From positions 3,410,001-3,474,000 of the forward strand of contig NW_025964024.1 of the NCBI RefSeq assembly GCF_023055435.1: a stretch of DNA of 64,000 bases. Reading direction: 5' to 3'. The notes under the pieces are model-generated. The model was not told where the DNA came from, searched no databases, and worked only from the letters and a program-made list of their open reading frames with translations. Both the position numbers and the translations under genes were made by a program. Source of the stretch: Haliotis rufescens. Its lineage: Eukaryota. Positions 1 through 11,700 of the stretch are shown in pieces (the first letter of the stretch is position 1; each line of letters begins with the position of its first letter).

Positions 1-812
1 TCTAAAAGCTGAAAGGCCCGTATACCCCCTTGAAATTCATTGTGGTAATTTAAACTGGGCGGTTTCTGGATTTTTGTTAGCATTTAATGAGATTACAGAA
101 GTGGGTGTGGGTGTGGGTGTGGGTGGGTGGATACGCCGGGGGGTGGGGGGTGGGGGGGGGGTCTATCGTAGTAATCAGTTGTATTTTCACTGTCAGCTTC
201 CGTTTCCTGTATGGGAGAAGCACTATTAGTCATACGGCACTTTAATGAACACACGACCTTTTAAACCTCGGTACGAACCTGCAACCTCCTGATTTGTGGT
301 CCTCCACGCTACCACCTGCGCTACGGATCGAAACTGTCATCACACAAATCAATGTTCCTAGTCCCCATTACCTTGGTTTATCTGTATATTTTTCTAAGTT
401 AATATTGTACCAAGTTCGTAGTAGGCCTGGTGGTACATGTGCTATGCAAGTGTCTGTGAATCTGATTAGCACATCTAATTTCACTACCTGATACATGTAC
501 ATCTTATCGATACTTGACTTAATGCCCAATCATATGCAAATTACTTAAACATGTTAAAATTCTAAACACGCTTAGATAATGAGGGTAATACACAATGATG
601 TGCATTTTGTCGTTAACATTTTTAAACGTGTTAAAATTCTTGTTTCAACACAAAACATGTTTAAATTCTAAACACTTGGATTATGGAGATTTTGTGTTTA
701 AGGAGTGTGTAGGCTGTGAGACTATATAGCCCATTACATTAGCTAGACCCTATAAACGTGTTCACATAAAAAAAAAACACCAAATGTGTATATTCCTTTC
801 AGATGTCTTTGT

Positions 813-1076
813 GACCCGTGAAGATCCGGGTTAGAATATGTCTTCAGCCACTCATGCTTGTCATAAAAGGCGACTATGCTTGTCGTAAGAGGCGACTTAC
901 GGGATCGGGTGGTCAGGCTCGCTGACTTGGTTGATGCATGTCATCGATCCCAATTGCGTGGACCGACTCTCATGATATTAATCACTGGATTGTCTGGTCC
1001 AGACTCGAATATTTACAGACCGCCGTCATATAGCTGGAATATTGCTGGGTGCGGCGTAAACAACAAACCAACCAAC
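813..1076 (+). mobile_element. SINE-like family B (~260 bp; GACCCGTGAAGATCC head, GTCGTAAGAGGCGAC hairpin, (AAAC)n tail)
   Basis: About 16 dispersed copies in the window; 3' tail atagctggaatattgctgagtgcggcgttaaac resembles that of family A. Confidence 0.85.
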
Positions 1077-1214
1077 TTTGTGTTTACATTCTAAACGCAA
1101 TTTTACAAGGAGTGGTTCAGTTATAAATAATAATACCATGGCGACACGATTATAATTACTGGTTAGACATGCCGCTGAGTTATTATTCAAGGGAGATGTG
1201 ACAGTGAAACATTG

Positions 1215-1460
1215 TTTGCGAGTGAGTTTGCTTTGAACAGCATTCCAGTAATTCAAGGCGTGCCAGCTGAATGAGGGAGGAAAGCCCGGAGTGATGCAGG
1301 TCTAAGACGGTTAGCGATTTGGTGAAACACACAAACAAACCTGACAAACCTAGAAACCCAATCGGTGCGAACCAGGATTCTAACCCTAGATCATATGTGT
1401 CTGGCATGCCCAAGGGACGCAACTCTGCACATCGAATTGCCGCACTTTAGGCGACTGGGT
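1215..1460 (-). mobile_element. SINE family E (other copies ~24702-24890 -, ~25225-25410 -, ~46065-46285 +)
   Basis: Shared gcagagttgcgtcccttgggc, B-box-like GGTTCGAATCC, agacctgcatcac and ctggaat..ctgttcaa tail. Confidence 0.65.
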
Positions 1461-1940
1461 CACGCGTGACTCCACATTGTTGGTGTGTAATGTCTGCAAT
1501 AATTTACTGTGTTATATGTGAAAATGGAGTTGACAGACAAAGAGATATTTGAAACACCTGCACTGTTAATAATGTGTTTAGAATCTTAATAGAAACCTAT
1601 TAGCACGTTCCATAATGCGATTAGAGGTGAAAACATGTTGAAATTGTAAAGATGTTTAGCATTGTGTTTGGAATCTGAACATGTTTAGATTATTGGGAGT
1701 CTGTGTTTAGTCGGGTGATACTGGTCATTTTTAGACCTAAACACATAAACTTTCATTCCTTTTGGGATTTAAACACTTTTCTAAAAATGTGTTACATGTC
1801 TTTTCTAGGCGCCCTGGTCGAATCAAATTTGCTGGGAGCCATTTTGACAGATACTGATTCCCTTCTCGTCGCTGAATTAATGTTTTAATCACAAGTAACA
1901 TGGGTGAGTACACAAGTACTCCTTTCACTGATGTTTTTTT

Positions 1941-1946
1941 GTTGTT

Positions 1947-1991
<45 letters not shown>

Positions 1992-1999
1992 ATTATTAT
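1941..1999 (+). repeat. (TTG)n/(TTA)n microsatellite
   Basis: Read directly. Confidence 0.95.
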
Positions 2000-2049
2000 T
2001 AAATCAACGTGAGAGTGTATAGTTTGGAACACATATAAGCTTCATGCCC

Positions 2050-2277
2050 AGTGAAGATCCCCGTGAAGAACCGGGTTACAGCAACCCATGTTAATCGTAA
2101 GAGGTGGCTAACGGGATCGGGTGATCAGGCTCGTTGACTTGGTTGATGCATGTCATACCATAGATCGATGCTCATGGTAACAATCACTGAAGTTTCCGGT
2201 GCAGACTAGGTTAATTACAGACTGCCGTCATATAGCAGGAATATTGCTGATTGTGACGTTAAACAAACAAACAAACA
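2050..2277 (+). mobile_element. SINE-like family B
   Basis: Similar to the 813 copy. Confidence 0.8.
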
Positions 2278-2659
2278 ATTAAAGAAGCATGTAAATGTCA
2301 CAACTGTCAATTTATTTTTTGTCAAACGCTAAACGGAATTACTTTACTGATGACTTTTCATTCCCATTATCATCCGAAATATCCGCGAAAAGTCGACCGC
2401 CTCCGTGGCCTAGTGGATAGAGCGTTAGTCTGGAGAGCGGGTAGTCGGTTCTCTGATCCCTGGCTGCGTCATACCAAAAGAGATCTTAGTGCTAAGGTGA
2501 TCGTAACTCCCATACCTTAACATAGACTTACGACAGTCGTAGCGCTAAGGTTGTTTTGTACAACGGCACCCTGGGCCCACTTGCACAAAGTGACCTTAGC
2601 GCTAGGACTATTGTAAGCCTATGTTAAAGTATGGGAGTAAAGATCATCTTAGCGCTAAG

Positions 2660-2820
2660 TGAGTGAGTATAGTTTTACGCCGCTTTTAGCAATATTCCAG
2701 CAATATCACGGCGGGGGACACCAGAAATGGGCTTCACACATTGTACCCATGTCGGGAATCGAACCCGGGTCTTCGGCGTGACGAGCGAACGCTTTAACCA
2801 CTAGGCTACCCGACCGCCCC
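2660..2820 (-). mobile_element. tRNA-derived SINE family A (~165 bp)
   Basis: tRNA-like head with A/B boxes (TAGCCTAGTGG, GGTTCGATTCC), (ACTC)n tail, 13-bp TSD tcttagcgctaag. Confidence 0.9.
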
Positions 2821-2854
2821 TCTTAGCGCTAAGATCGCTTTGTGCAAGAAGTAG

Positions 2855-3088
2855 ATGATCCGGGTTAGAACAGGTCTTCAGCAACCGATGCTTGCCGTAA
2901 GAGGTGTCTAATGCTTGCCGTAAGAGGCGACTATGATTGTCGTAAGAGGCGACTAACGGGATCAGCTGGTCAAGCCCGTTGACTTGGCTGATGCATGTCC
3001 GCCATGCGTGACTCGATTCTCATGACATTAATCACTGGGTTGTCTGCTCCAGGCTCGATTATTTACAGACCGCCGTCATATAGTTGGA
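2855..3088 (+). mobile_element. SINE-like family B (triple hairpin module, truncated tail)
   Basis: Similar to the 813 copy. Confidence 0.75.
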
Positions 3089-3840
3089 ACAACAAAAGAT
3101 GTTTGTTGTTATCAGGAACTCGCTTGAAAGGGATGAAACAAGGGCTGGTCTGCTCGGAGTCAGTATACTATGTCCAAGTGGGGTATCCATGTACATCTGC
3201 AGCATGGTATCTCAGTGGGCTAGCCCTATAAATCCGAAAGCCGCCTCTTAAGACACGCATAATAATAAACGATTATTATCAACAGTTAAATAATGATATT
3301 TTTCTTATTGTCCTGCCTAATGTAAAACAAAATAATCTTTTCTACCACTAAAAAGAACCAACCCCGGAGGGGCTTGTATAATTACAAAGAAAACACTCAA
3401 ATGCAGCACCCTTACTGAACCACTCACGGAAAGGCTCCTTGTCAACCCACTTATTTCATTTTTTTATGTTTAGTTGTCGGCGTCTCAGTGCAGTATTTTG
3501 TACTCAAATGCTTCAAAACTGCTTAAAAAAGTAGGCCCAACTACCGAGAATCGTCACACTAGTAAACACTTCAGTTTGTATTAGGATCTGAATATTTGCT
3601 TTCGCGTTTATGGTTATACGGACAAAGAGCGTTTGGAATGCATACGACTGTGTGCGTTCTTATTAGCGCACGCGTCCCTGACCAATAAAGCTAGTTGGAG
3701 TATAATATCACGGAGGTTTTTTAGCAGTAACTTTTATTTAATAAATATATTTGTATTAAAGGGACCATAACAAAAACACACACTGGTAAATTTGATCGTG
3801 GTATTCACTCGTTTTATTTATGTATAAATTAGACCAATGC

Positions 3841-4401
3841 AACGCAGCGAATATATTTGCTGCAGAGCAGACTTAATGGCGGCATCCTTGTTGCAAAGTT
3901 TGCATACGACACTGTTATTTAAGTAAAATAAACAAGCTAAAAACGTGTAACTTGCAGGTAATGTAACCAAATTAGCTTTTCATTTTATGTGTTAGTCAAT
4001 GCATGTACTATTTATTTGTGTTTTATGATCTGCAACTAGCTATTTAGACAAGTAAGATGTCCACATGATTGGAGATTTAAACCGCGAAAACTGATAACAG
4101 TGACCGAGTGGTATGATAGAATTAGTGGTTCCGCATTTACGTGGTACAATATTCCAGATTTCGCATAGAATATTATCAGTTCAATATGTGTTCTTCTTCG
4201 AGTAAAGCAATTTCCCTAAAATAACGTAAATTATCGTTTGTATACAAGCAGAGTTGCCTGTTTTCACGACAAAAGAAGGCTGGGGTGTTGTGGTTATGGC
4301 TTCTTTTACTCATGCCTTAAACAATAACTGAAGGGGAGGCTCGAAAGACTACGTTAGAGTAAACATTTATACGTTCGAATTTTCTACTTGATGAATTTCA
4401 G
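3841..4401 (+). promoter_or_regulatory. Possible promoter and non-coding first exon(s) of gene 1
   Basis: The first coding exon starts after an AG acceptor (5731-5732), implying an upstream exon. YY1-like AATGGCGGC at ~3875; candidate donors CAG|GTAATG (3957) and CAG|GTACGT (4401). Confidence 0.3.
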
Positions 4402-5240
4402 GTACGTATGTATAAATATTACGAACTGCACACGCTTTTTAATGAAGTGAAAGTCGTTGAATTTGTTGACCAATTTGTGCAAAATTCTTGATCATGTTCG
4501 TTCAGTCAGTATCAAACTACATTTTGTTCATACCCCAGAATCTTCTTATACATACCCACTTGACATGGAATTCTAGACTTTAATTAATTTACCTAACTCT
4601 AAAAAAAGGATTTGCATCGGATAAGAAGGAGAAAGGTTCAATTAACCTTATATGGGGGGGCGTATATAAAAATTATACTTACAAGTCACACATTGTTCCT
4701 TTGTAATCCAGGGTTAGTTGTGTTAGTGTAATGGTAAGTAATCCCGTAGTTTGTCATACAGACCCTGAAGCAAATATATCCAATACAGCCCATACAAGAC
4801 TGTAATATATGGCAAGTCTAGATACTGCAGTGCTCATTTTTGTTATATTTTATACCTGTAATTTACAACTGTTTTTATCCGTAAATCATGTTCATTTCAG
4901 AGACTAGATGTTAGTCTGGTTAGCCCCAACAAGGTTTTAACCCTTAAATGCCCTTTCCAATCCAGCACCCCTTTGCAAGCCATAGCCCTATAGAATCTTT
5001 AGGGTTACGCACCCTTTTCCAATCTTATGCAGTAGTTGTGAGTTATGGTTAGCTCAGGTTTTGAGGTTTGCAAGAAAAAGTGGTCACGGCATTCTATTAA
5101 TGATGTCAATAACTTATCCTATCTTAAAGCTGCCACCACAAGTTTGATCCGCCTCTACCAAGGCGGTACTAAATGTGTTCCTAAAAAGTGTGCCCAGCAC
5201 AGTGTAATTGTTCAAGGCACCTGTATACATTAACTGTTGA

Positions 5241-5500
5241 ACCCGTGAAGATCCAGGGTAGAATAGGTCTTCAGCAACCCATGCTTGCCGTAAAAAGCGA
5301 CAATGCTTGTCATAAGAGGCGACTAACAGGATCGGGTGGTCAGACTTGCTGACTTGGTTGATGCATGTCGTCAGATGCCAATTGCGTTGATCAATGCTCA
5401 TGATGTCAACCACTGGATTGTCTGATCCAGACTCGATTATTTACAGACCATCATCATATAGCTGGAATATTGTTGAGTGTGGCGTTCAACTACAAACAAC
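5241..5500 (+). mobile_element. SINE-like family B
   Basis: Similar to the 813 copy. Confidence 0.85.
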
Positions 5501-5740
5501 ATGATGAAGCATGAATGTTTGGTAGGACTATGTCTGTGGTGTGTTTTGTAAGTACAGAAAGAAGACAACATACATGGCAATGTTCATCAAAGAATGTAGC
5601 AGCAGGTGCTTATTTCCCACACTGTTCACCTATAATCTGCTTCAGTTATATTACTTATTGTACCCTGCAAGAGTTAAACTACTCTATTTGTAGTATGCCA
5701 CTAATTGAAATTGTCATTCATCTATTTGGTAGGCTTCACA

Positions 5741-8700
5741 ATGCCAAGGGTGACACGGAAAACACTGACTGACAGTCCAACCCCATCTCGGATGAGTCCA
5801 CGGGCTACCACAAAAGCATCAACTACAAGTTCCCGGGCTTCTCTATCCACCGCAGATTCCCCTTCTCCCTCACCAGGCACATCTACTTCCAGGTGAGTTG
5901 CACCCTAAACCGGTTTGTGTCCTGTTTTCATTTGGGACTAGACATCTACATGTTTAAAAATATTGTAATTACATTTTCTGAAAAAGGGACATAATTTGTG
6001 GAATACCTCTTAGATATTTTGATTGGCAAGTCAGTGTTGTGATTTGTATTTCATATCTACATATACATGATATATTATTGAAAAATACTGTTGACATGTA
6101 GTGATGTTAGATGGATCACGAGTAATTTTGCAGTTGGTGTTCATGATTGTTTCTGGATGAAACTTAAATCACTTAGGTTGCTTTTTTTAATGTCTTACTC
6201 CTTAGTCCGAAATGTCATAGTGACCTGTGAATAATTGAGTGTGGGCCAGACAAACCTGTTCCATATTATGAGCATGTCTAATGTCATTGGGGTACAATGA
6301 CACATATCACCATGTCTGACAACCTAATTCTATTTATTTATCTGTTATACATGTCAATTGCTGTCAAACTGTACATCAAGTGTTTATGGTATATGGTGAA
6401 TGTGGACTTGTACCACTTTACATATTTCAACATATTAGAATTATCAAGTATTGGTCCAAGATTCCTAAAATGCCTATTGATAGATTACTGTTAAGGCCCG
6501 TTTCATTACAATATGTGTCTTGGTTATCGATCGGATCGCCTTCACTGGGCGACGCCATTTTGTTTGAAACAAATTCAAGTGATATGAGTGGTGGAATCTG
6601 ACTGGTCAGTAGGAGGGACATAGAAGGGACATAACTCATAATAGCCACTGGTGGCACTATAATCGAACCCAGAAGTTACGACAAGGGTGGAAACTGGTCT
6701 TTCTTTGTCAGTTAACTCCCTTGCCTCGGGAAGAGGTATTTGAATGGCATAATCAACTTTCATGTTTAAGTTTCTGCCACGTCATTATTATGTCTCTTTT
6801 GGAATTCCTGTTAAGAACAGTCCCCCAGCATTCTTTTCTTGCATCATTGATGGGGTGGTCAGAATCAGTGACCTGATTACTCATGCCATTGTACCCCAAT
6901 AGTGTGGATTGGTGACAGTTTTGTCTGTTCCAGACTTGATTATTAGTGGGAATGTTTGCATTTAACATGTTAAACAACAAACACAACAATTACTAAGTTA
7001 AAAGTTAAAATTTTGGCTGCTGGTACCTACAATTAGCAGTACTTTTGAAAACAGTGAAATGCGCACACAAGAGATAACAGTTAGATCAGCGAGCCAGATT
7101 TTACATAATGTGAAAATATTTCAGATCTCGATCATCCAGAAGTAGAGGTGCTGAGATCCGGTCAGAGCCTGAAGTTGTAGATGTAGTGACAAAGCCAGCA
7201 AGAGGACGGCAACAGAAACAAGGTGAGAACATGACTGTCATCTATTGGGCTTGTAAATATCATGAAGGAGACTCAAACTTAAAAACGAAAATTAGATGAG
7301 AAATGAAATGTTCAAGGGATTATCCAGACCTGCTCAGAGGTCATTGTTCGGCCCCAAGTCTGCAGCAAATGATGGTACAACTTCCAAATTTGAATGCAAA
7401 ATTTCCCAATTTCTCAGAATGAACACAGATAAGATGTTTAAAAAATCAATTTTTAAACAATATCATTATTATTTCCTAATTTACCTGCCAAGCATGCCAA
7501 GGGCACTCAGTTTGTAATCCTAGATAAATCCCTGATCTTAGAACAGCAGAGAATGGTAACTTTGTTTTACAGTTTTCAACAGACTACCTTGCATTCCATG
7601 TTTGGTAACATTTCAGAGGAACTCTCAACACTTTTACGTGATTATTGCAGCGGTAGAAACTAAAAGTTTTAGTCCACTAGTCCTTATAATGATAACATAT
7701 AGCAAAACCCTTAAAAATGGCCAATTTCTACTAGCCCTTGTGATACCTTAACTAGTGGGCAGTTTGGCAAGGACTACAGGACTAGTGCCAATTTCTAACG
7801 CTGTTATTGGCATTTTTGTCTCTTTTGAAAATACTGACTGGTTCATCTGGTTTGAATATAGCCTCTTTTGTATGTTATTGTTTTTCACTAAAATATATAT
7901 CAGAGATCTTTCTTAAATGTTTAAATGGTGCAGAATTCTTGAAAGTTGATCAATTATATGTCATCTTCAATTTTACTCATGCAGGTGAAGGAGATGATAA
8001 TGTCGTAGAGAAGGGTCGCAGTCGTAGCCGAGCAAAAGCTAAAGTTGAAGAAGAAACGGAAGAGGTAGCCGCTGAACCTGCACGGGCCAGTGGGCGTAGT
8101 CGGAGTCGAGGCAAGCCTGTTGAAGCTGACACTGACACACAAAAAGAGGCAGCTAATAATACTAGCAGTCGAAGTCGTGGTAAAGCAAAGGCTGAAGAAA
8201 GCAATAAAGATAAAGCTGTTGCAGAATCAGGAAGGGCTGGCAGAAGTAGAGTGAAAGGACCTGCAAAGACACCGGAAGAAAAACCAGCAGAAACAGGGCG
8301 GGGCAGTAGAAGCAGGTCCAGCAATAATGAAAAGGCGGAAGAGTCTACTCCAACCAATAGTAGAAGCAGAAAAGGTGCTAAACAAGTTGACAACACCCCT
8401 GAGGAAGCTGCCGAGACAAGCCAACCGAAGAGCAGAAGCAGAAGCAGAGGTAAAGCTGCTGAAAGTAAATCTCCAGACGTTGAGGCTGACACAGGGAGAA
8501 GGAGCAGGAGCAGGGGCAAGCCTGTTGAGAGTTCGGTCAGTGAGTCTGTAGGATCAAGTAGATCGTCCAGTAGGAGTCGAACTCCCAAGCCTGCTGCAGA
8601 AGATGTTGTTGAACCAGCAGTTGTGGAAGACAAGGGCAGGGGCAAATCTCAGGCTAATGGGAGCACCAGAGGCAGCAGGAGAAGATCTTCAGGTAAGGTT

Positions 8701-11700
8701 GAAGATGCTGTGCCAACTGAAGACACAGAGATGACTCCTCCTGGTAGACGCAGTGGAAGAAAACAAGTCAAGACTGAAGTTGATCAGACTGTTCCTACGA
8801 AGAAACGACAGAGTGGGAGGAAGAGCAGCACTCCAGATAATGACAGCGAGACGCCCATGGATCAAACTGACAAACAAGCTGTTGTTCAGTTGACAAAACT
8901 GAGAGATGATGAAGTTGAATCGGAAAATAAATCACCAGTCAAAGCTGCTGATGAAGAAGCCATGGATGAGGAACCTGTGGACAAAGAAGCTGGCAGTGGG
9001 AAAGTCGTTCGAGATACCAAGGAGGAAGCCGTATCGGAAGAGAAAGAGGAAATCAAAAGCGTCCCAGAGGAAGAAAGTACATCAGAGGATAAAGTACCAG
9101 ATGAGCCAATGGGAGAGGAGACGGATAAAGCAGAAACAAAGGGTGAAACAGAAGTATCTAAACCTGAAGAAATTAAGGAAAAACCTGTTGAACCCAAAGA
9201 AAAAGTAAAGGCTGACATTAAGGAGGCTGTAGTAACTAAAGAAAAGCTACCTGTCCCTGAAGACAAGGAGACTGATAAAGTAGATGGTGATTCAGCAGCA
9301 GCTGAGCTGCCTAGCCAGAAAACAACACTGCCAGAGACTGAACCAGAACCAATAGAGACCGACAAATCTAAAATATCAGAAGATATCGTTGAAGAAAAAG
9401 ATGAGAAGAAAGAAGAAAGCATTGTTGAGGCAATGGAAACCGATGAAGTCGAAGAGAGTCCAGCAAAGAAAGAGTCAGCACCATGCAACGGCACTATGCC
9501 GATCCCAGAAGTCCCGGCAGACCCCGAACAAAGTCCGGAAAAACAAAATATTACAGTTACTGCATCTCATGGTCAGAAAAGAAAATTAGAACATGACGAG
9601 TCTTTTGAAGAAAATGAGAGCAAACGTGTGTGTGTTGAGAGCCCAGTTACACAAGACACTGAAGCTGGTGACATGGAGGCCTCACAACCAGATGATAAAG
9701 CAATCGAGGAAATTGAGTCCCGTACATCACAGCAGCCAATCATTGAGCCAATATCTGATGTGTCCAGTGCAGAGGAAGAATCTACACCTGCTCCACAGGT
9801 TTCCATCCAGGAGCCTGTTCTGGCAGAAAAGAGCCTGGAGCCTCCCGTTGAGAGCATAGCACCACCTGTTGCAGAGTGCAAAGAATCTCCAGTTGAGAAA
9901 AGCAAAGAGCCTTCTGTTGAGAAAAGCAAAGAGCCTTCTGTTGAGAAAAGCAAAGAGCCTTCTGTTGAGATAAGGAAAGAGCCTTCTGTTGAGATAAGCA
10001 AAGAACCTTCTGTTGAGATAAGCAAAGAACCTTCTGTAAAGATAAGCAAAGAGCCTGCTGTCGAGAGTAAAGAGGCTGTTTCAGGGGAGACAAGTCATAA
10101 GGCTACTGAAGGGGTGACAAAGGAAGAGCAGCCTAAGCCAGCAGATGAGGACTTGACATCTGGCTATGTTATCATCAGCATGGACGATGTACCCCCCACT
10201 GATAGTGCAATGGTGAAGGAGGCACTTCCTAATCACACAAACCAAACTGAAGTAGTAAGTAGGATGACTTTTTCGGAATTCTCTCTTTTGAGTAATTCTA
10301 AAAATATGATTTTGGTGTATCTAAAAAATATGCTTGGTTCTGGTTACCCGACCATACCGACATTTTACTCCCTATCCAACCAGGCCTCGGTTTAAGGAAC
10401 TTGATTTAACTAGCACCAAGAGCATGTTGTCATTAAAACCTTGTTGCACCAGACAAAACCAGGTTGCCCCCTGGTCCCAGAAATTTATCAAATAATCTTG
10501 AAGTTCCTGAAGTTTGATGATGTCAAGCCCCCCAAAGCATGACAAAAGACACATAACAGGGATTATTAATGTAGGTAGATAAGGTTGAGAGGTATTGACT
10601 GTGTTCAATGATTCATGGTGTGGAAGGTTAGACACCAATTTAAGTATTTTGACATGCACTTGGTGCATGTAGTGATTAATATTAGGTTGCATTTTCAATA
10701 ATAGGTTGCACTGGTGCATGTTTTATATAGCTAAATCGAGCCATGATTGACTATGTACTATGTTTACACAGTAACATTAAGAGGCAAATCTATATCATTT
10801 TAGGGTAAATGGATTTCACTGTTTGTAATTATAAACATATGATGAAGATGAAATAAGAAAAATTGACTAGTTCTGGAAGTATGACAGGGGAATGGGAGCA
10901 CATTGTCCAGTGAATTCTGCATGGCTGTTCATGAAATCATTTCTTGTGTCTTGCAGAAAGTCCCGGACGGTAGGTCTGAAGAGGAGAGTATGGAGGTGGA
11001 CGGGGTTCCAGCTGTCCCTGAACAATCGAAGGTTCCTGCTCCAGCAGCTCCAGCAGTCACATCCGATATTGCAAATGGCACATCTCAACAAAGTTCCAAG
11101 TCTGATTGTCACCCATCAGCAGATTCTACACCGGTCTCATCTCAGCCCATTGATAATGCTAAGGAGTTGACCAAATCAGAACCAGTTATTCCGAAGCCTC
11201 TTCGTACCTTTGATCCTAGTCCAGACATTTTTCACCGTACTTGTGTACGTAATCCAAACATTGACTTAAGTTCCATCACCAGTTCCAACAAGTTCAGTGT
11301 TGCAAGCTACAACATTCTGGCCGAGTGCCATCGGCTCAAGGGCGACTATAGCTACACTGATGACAAGTATCTCGAGCAGGAGTTCCGCCATCAGCTGCTG
11401 CTTCGAGAACTGGAGTTTTTGGATGCTGACATTTTGTGTTTACAGGAAGTCAACCCGAAGTACTATGCCACACTTTTACAACCTGCTCTTCAAAAGTAAG
11501 TCATGGTTATTGATGAATTAGAGCTCAGGAGATGTACAGAAAATAGCTTTTGAGAATGTTCATTGTTACTTGTCACTAAAGGGGCGGTCGGGTAGCCTAG
11601 TGGTTAAAGCGTTCGCTCGTCACGCCGAAGACCCGGGTTTCGAATCCCGACATGGGTACAATGTGTGAAGCCCATTTCTGGTGTCCCCCGCCGTGATATT

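Larger units (their letters stand above)
2395..3236 (+). mobile_element. Nested insertion stack: family C SINE split by two MITEs, SINE A and SINE B
   Basis: 5' part at 2395-2480 and 3' part at ~3094-3236 of a family C copy flank the other elements. Confidence 0.7.

Noticed and set aside
103-161. G-rich tract with G-quadruplex potential
   Set aside because: Simple repeat at the window edge with no context to support function.
7807-7984. N-terminus of the 862-aa ORF as a signal or transmembrane segment
   Set aside because: Intronic read-through; the exon starts at 7985. The ORF tails after donors at 10254, 24642, 31566 and 60585 are likewise intronic.
7977-10093. Long antisense ORFs (222, 202, 158 aa)
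   Set aside because: Shadows of the low-complexity, purine-rich coding exon on the + strand.
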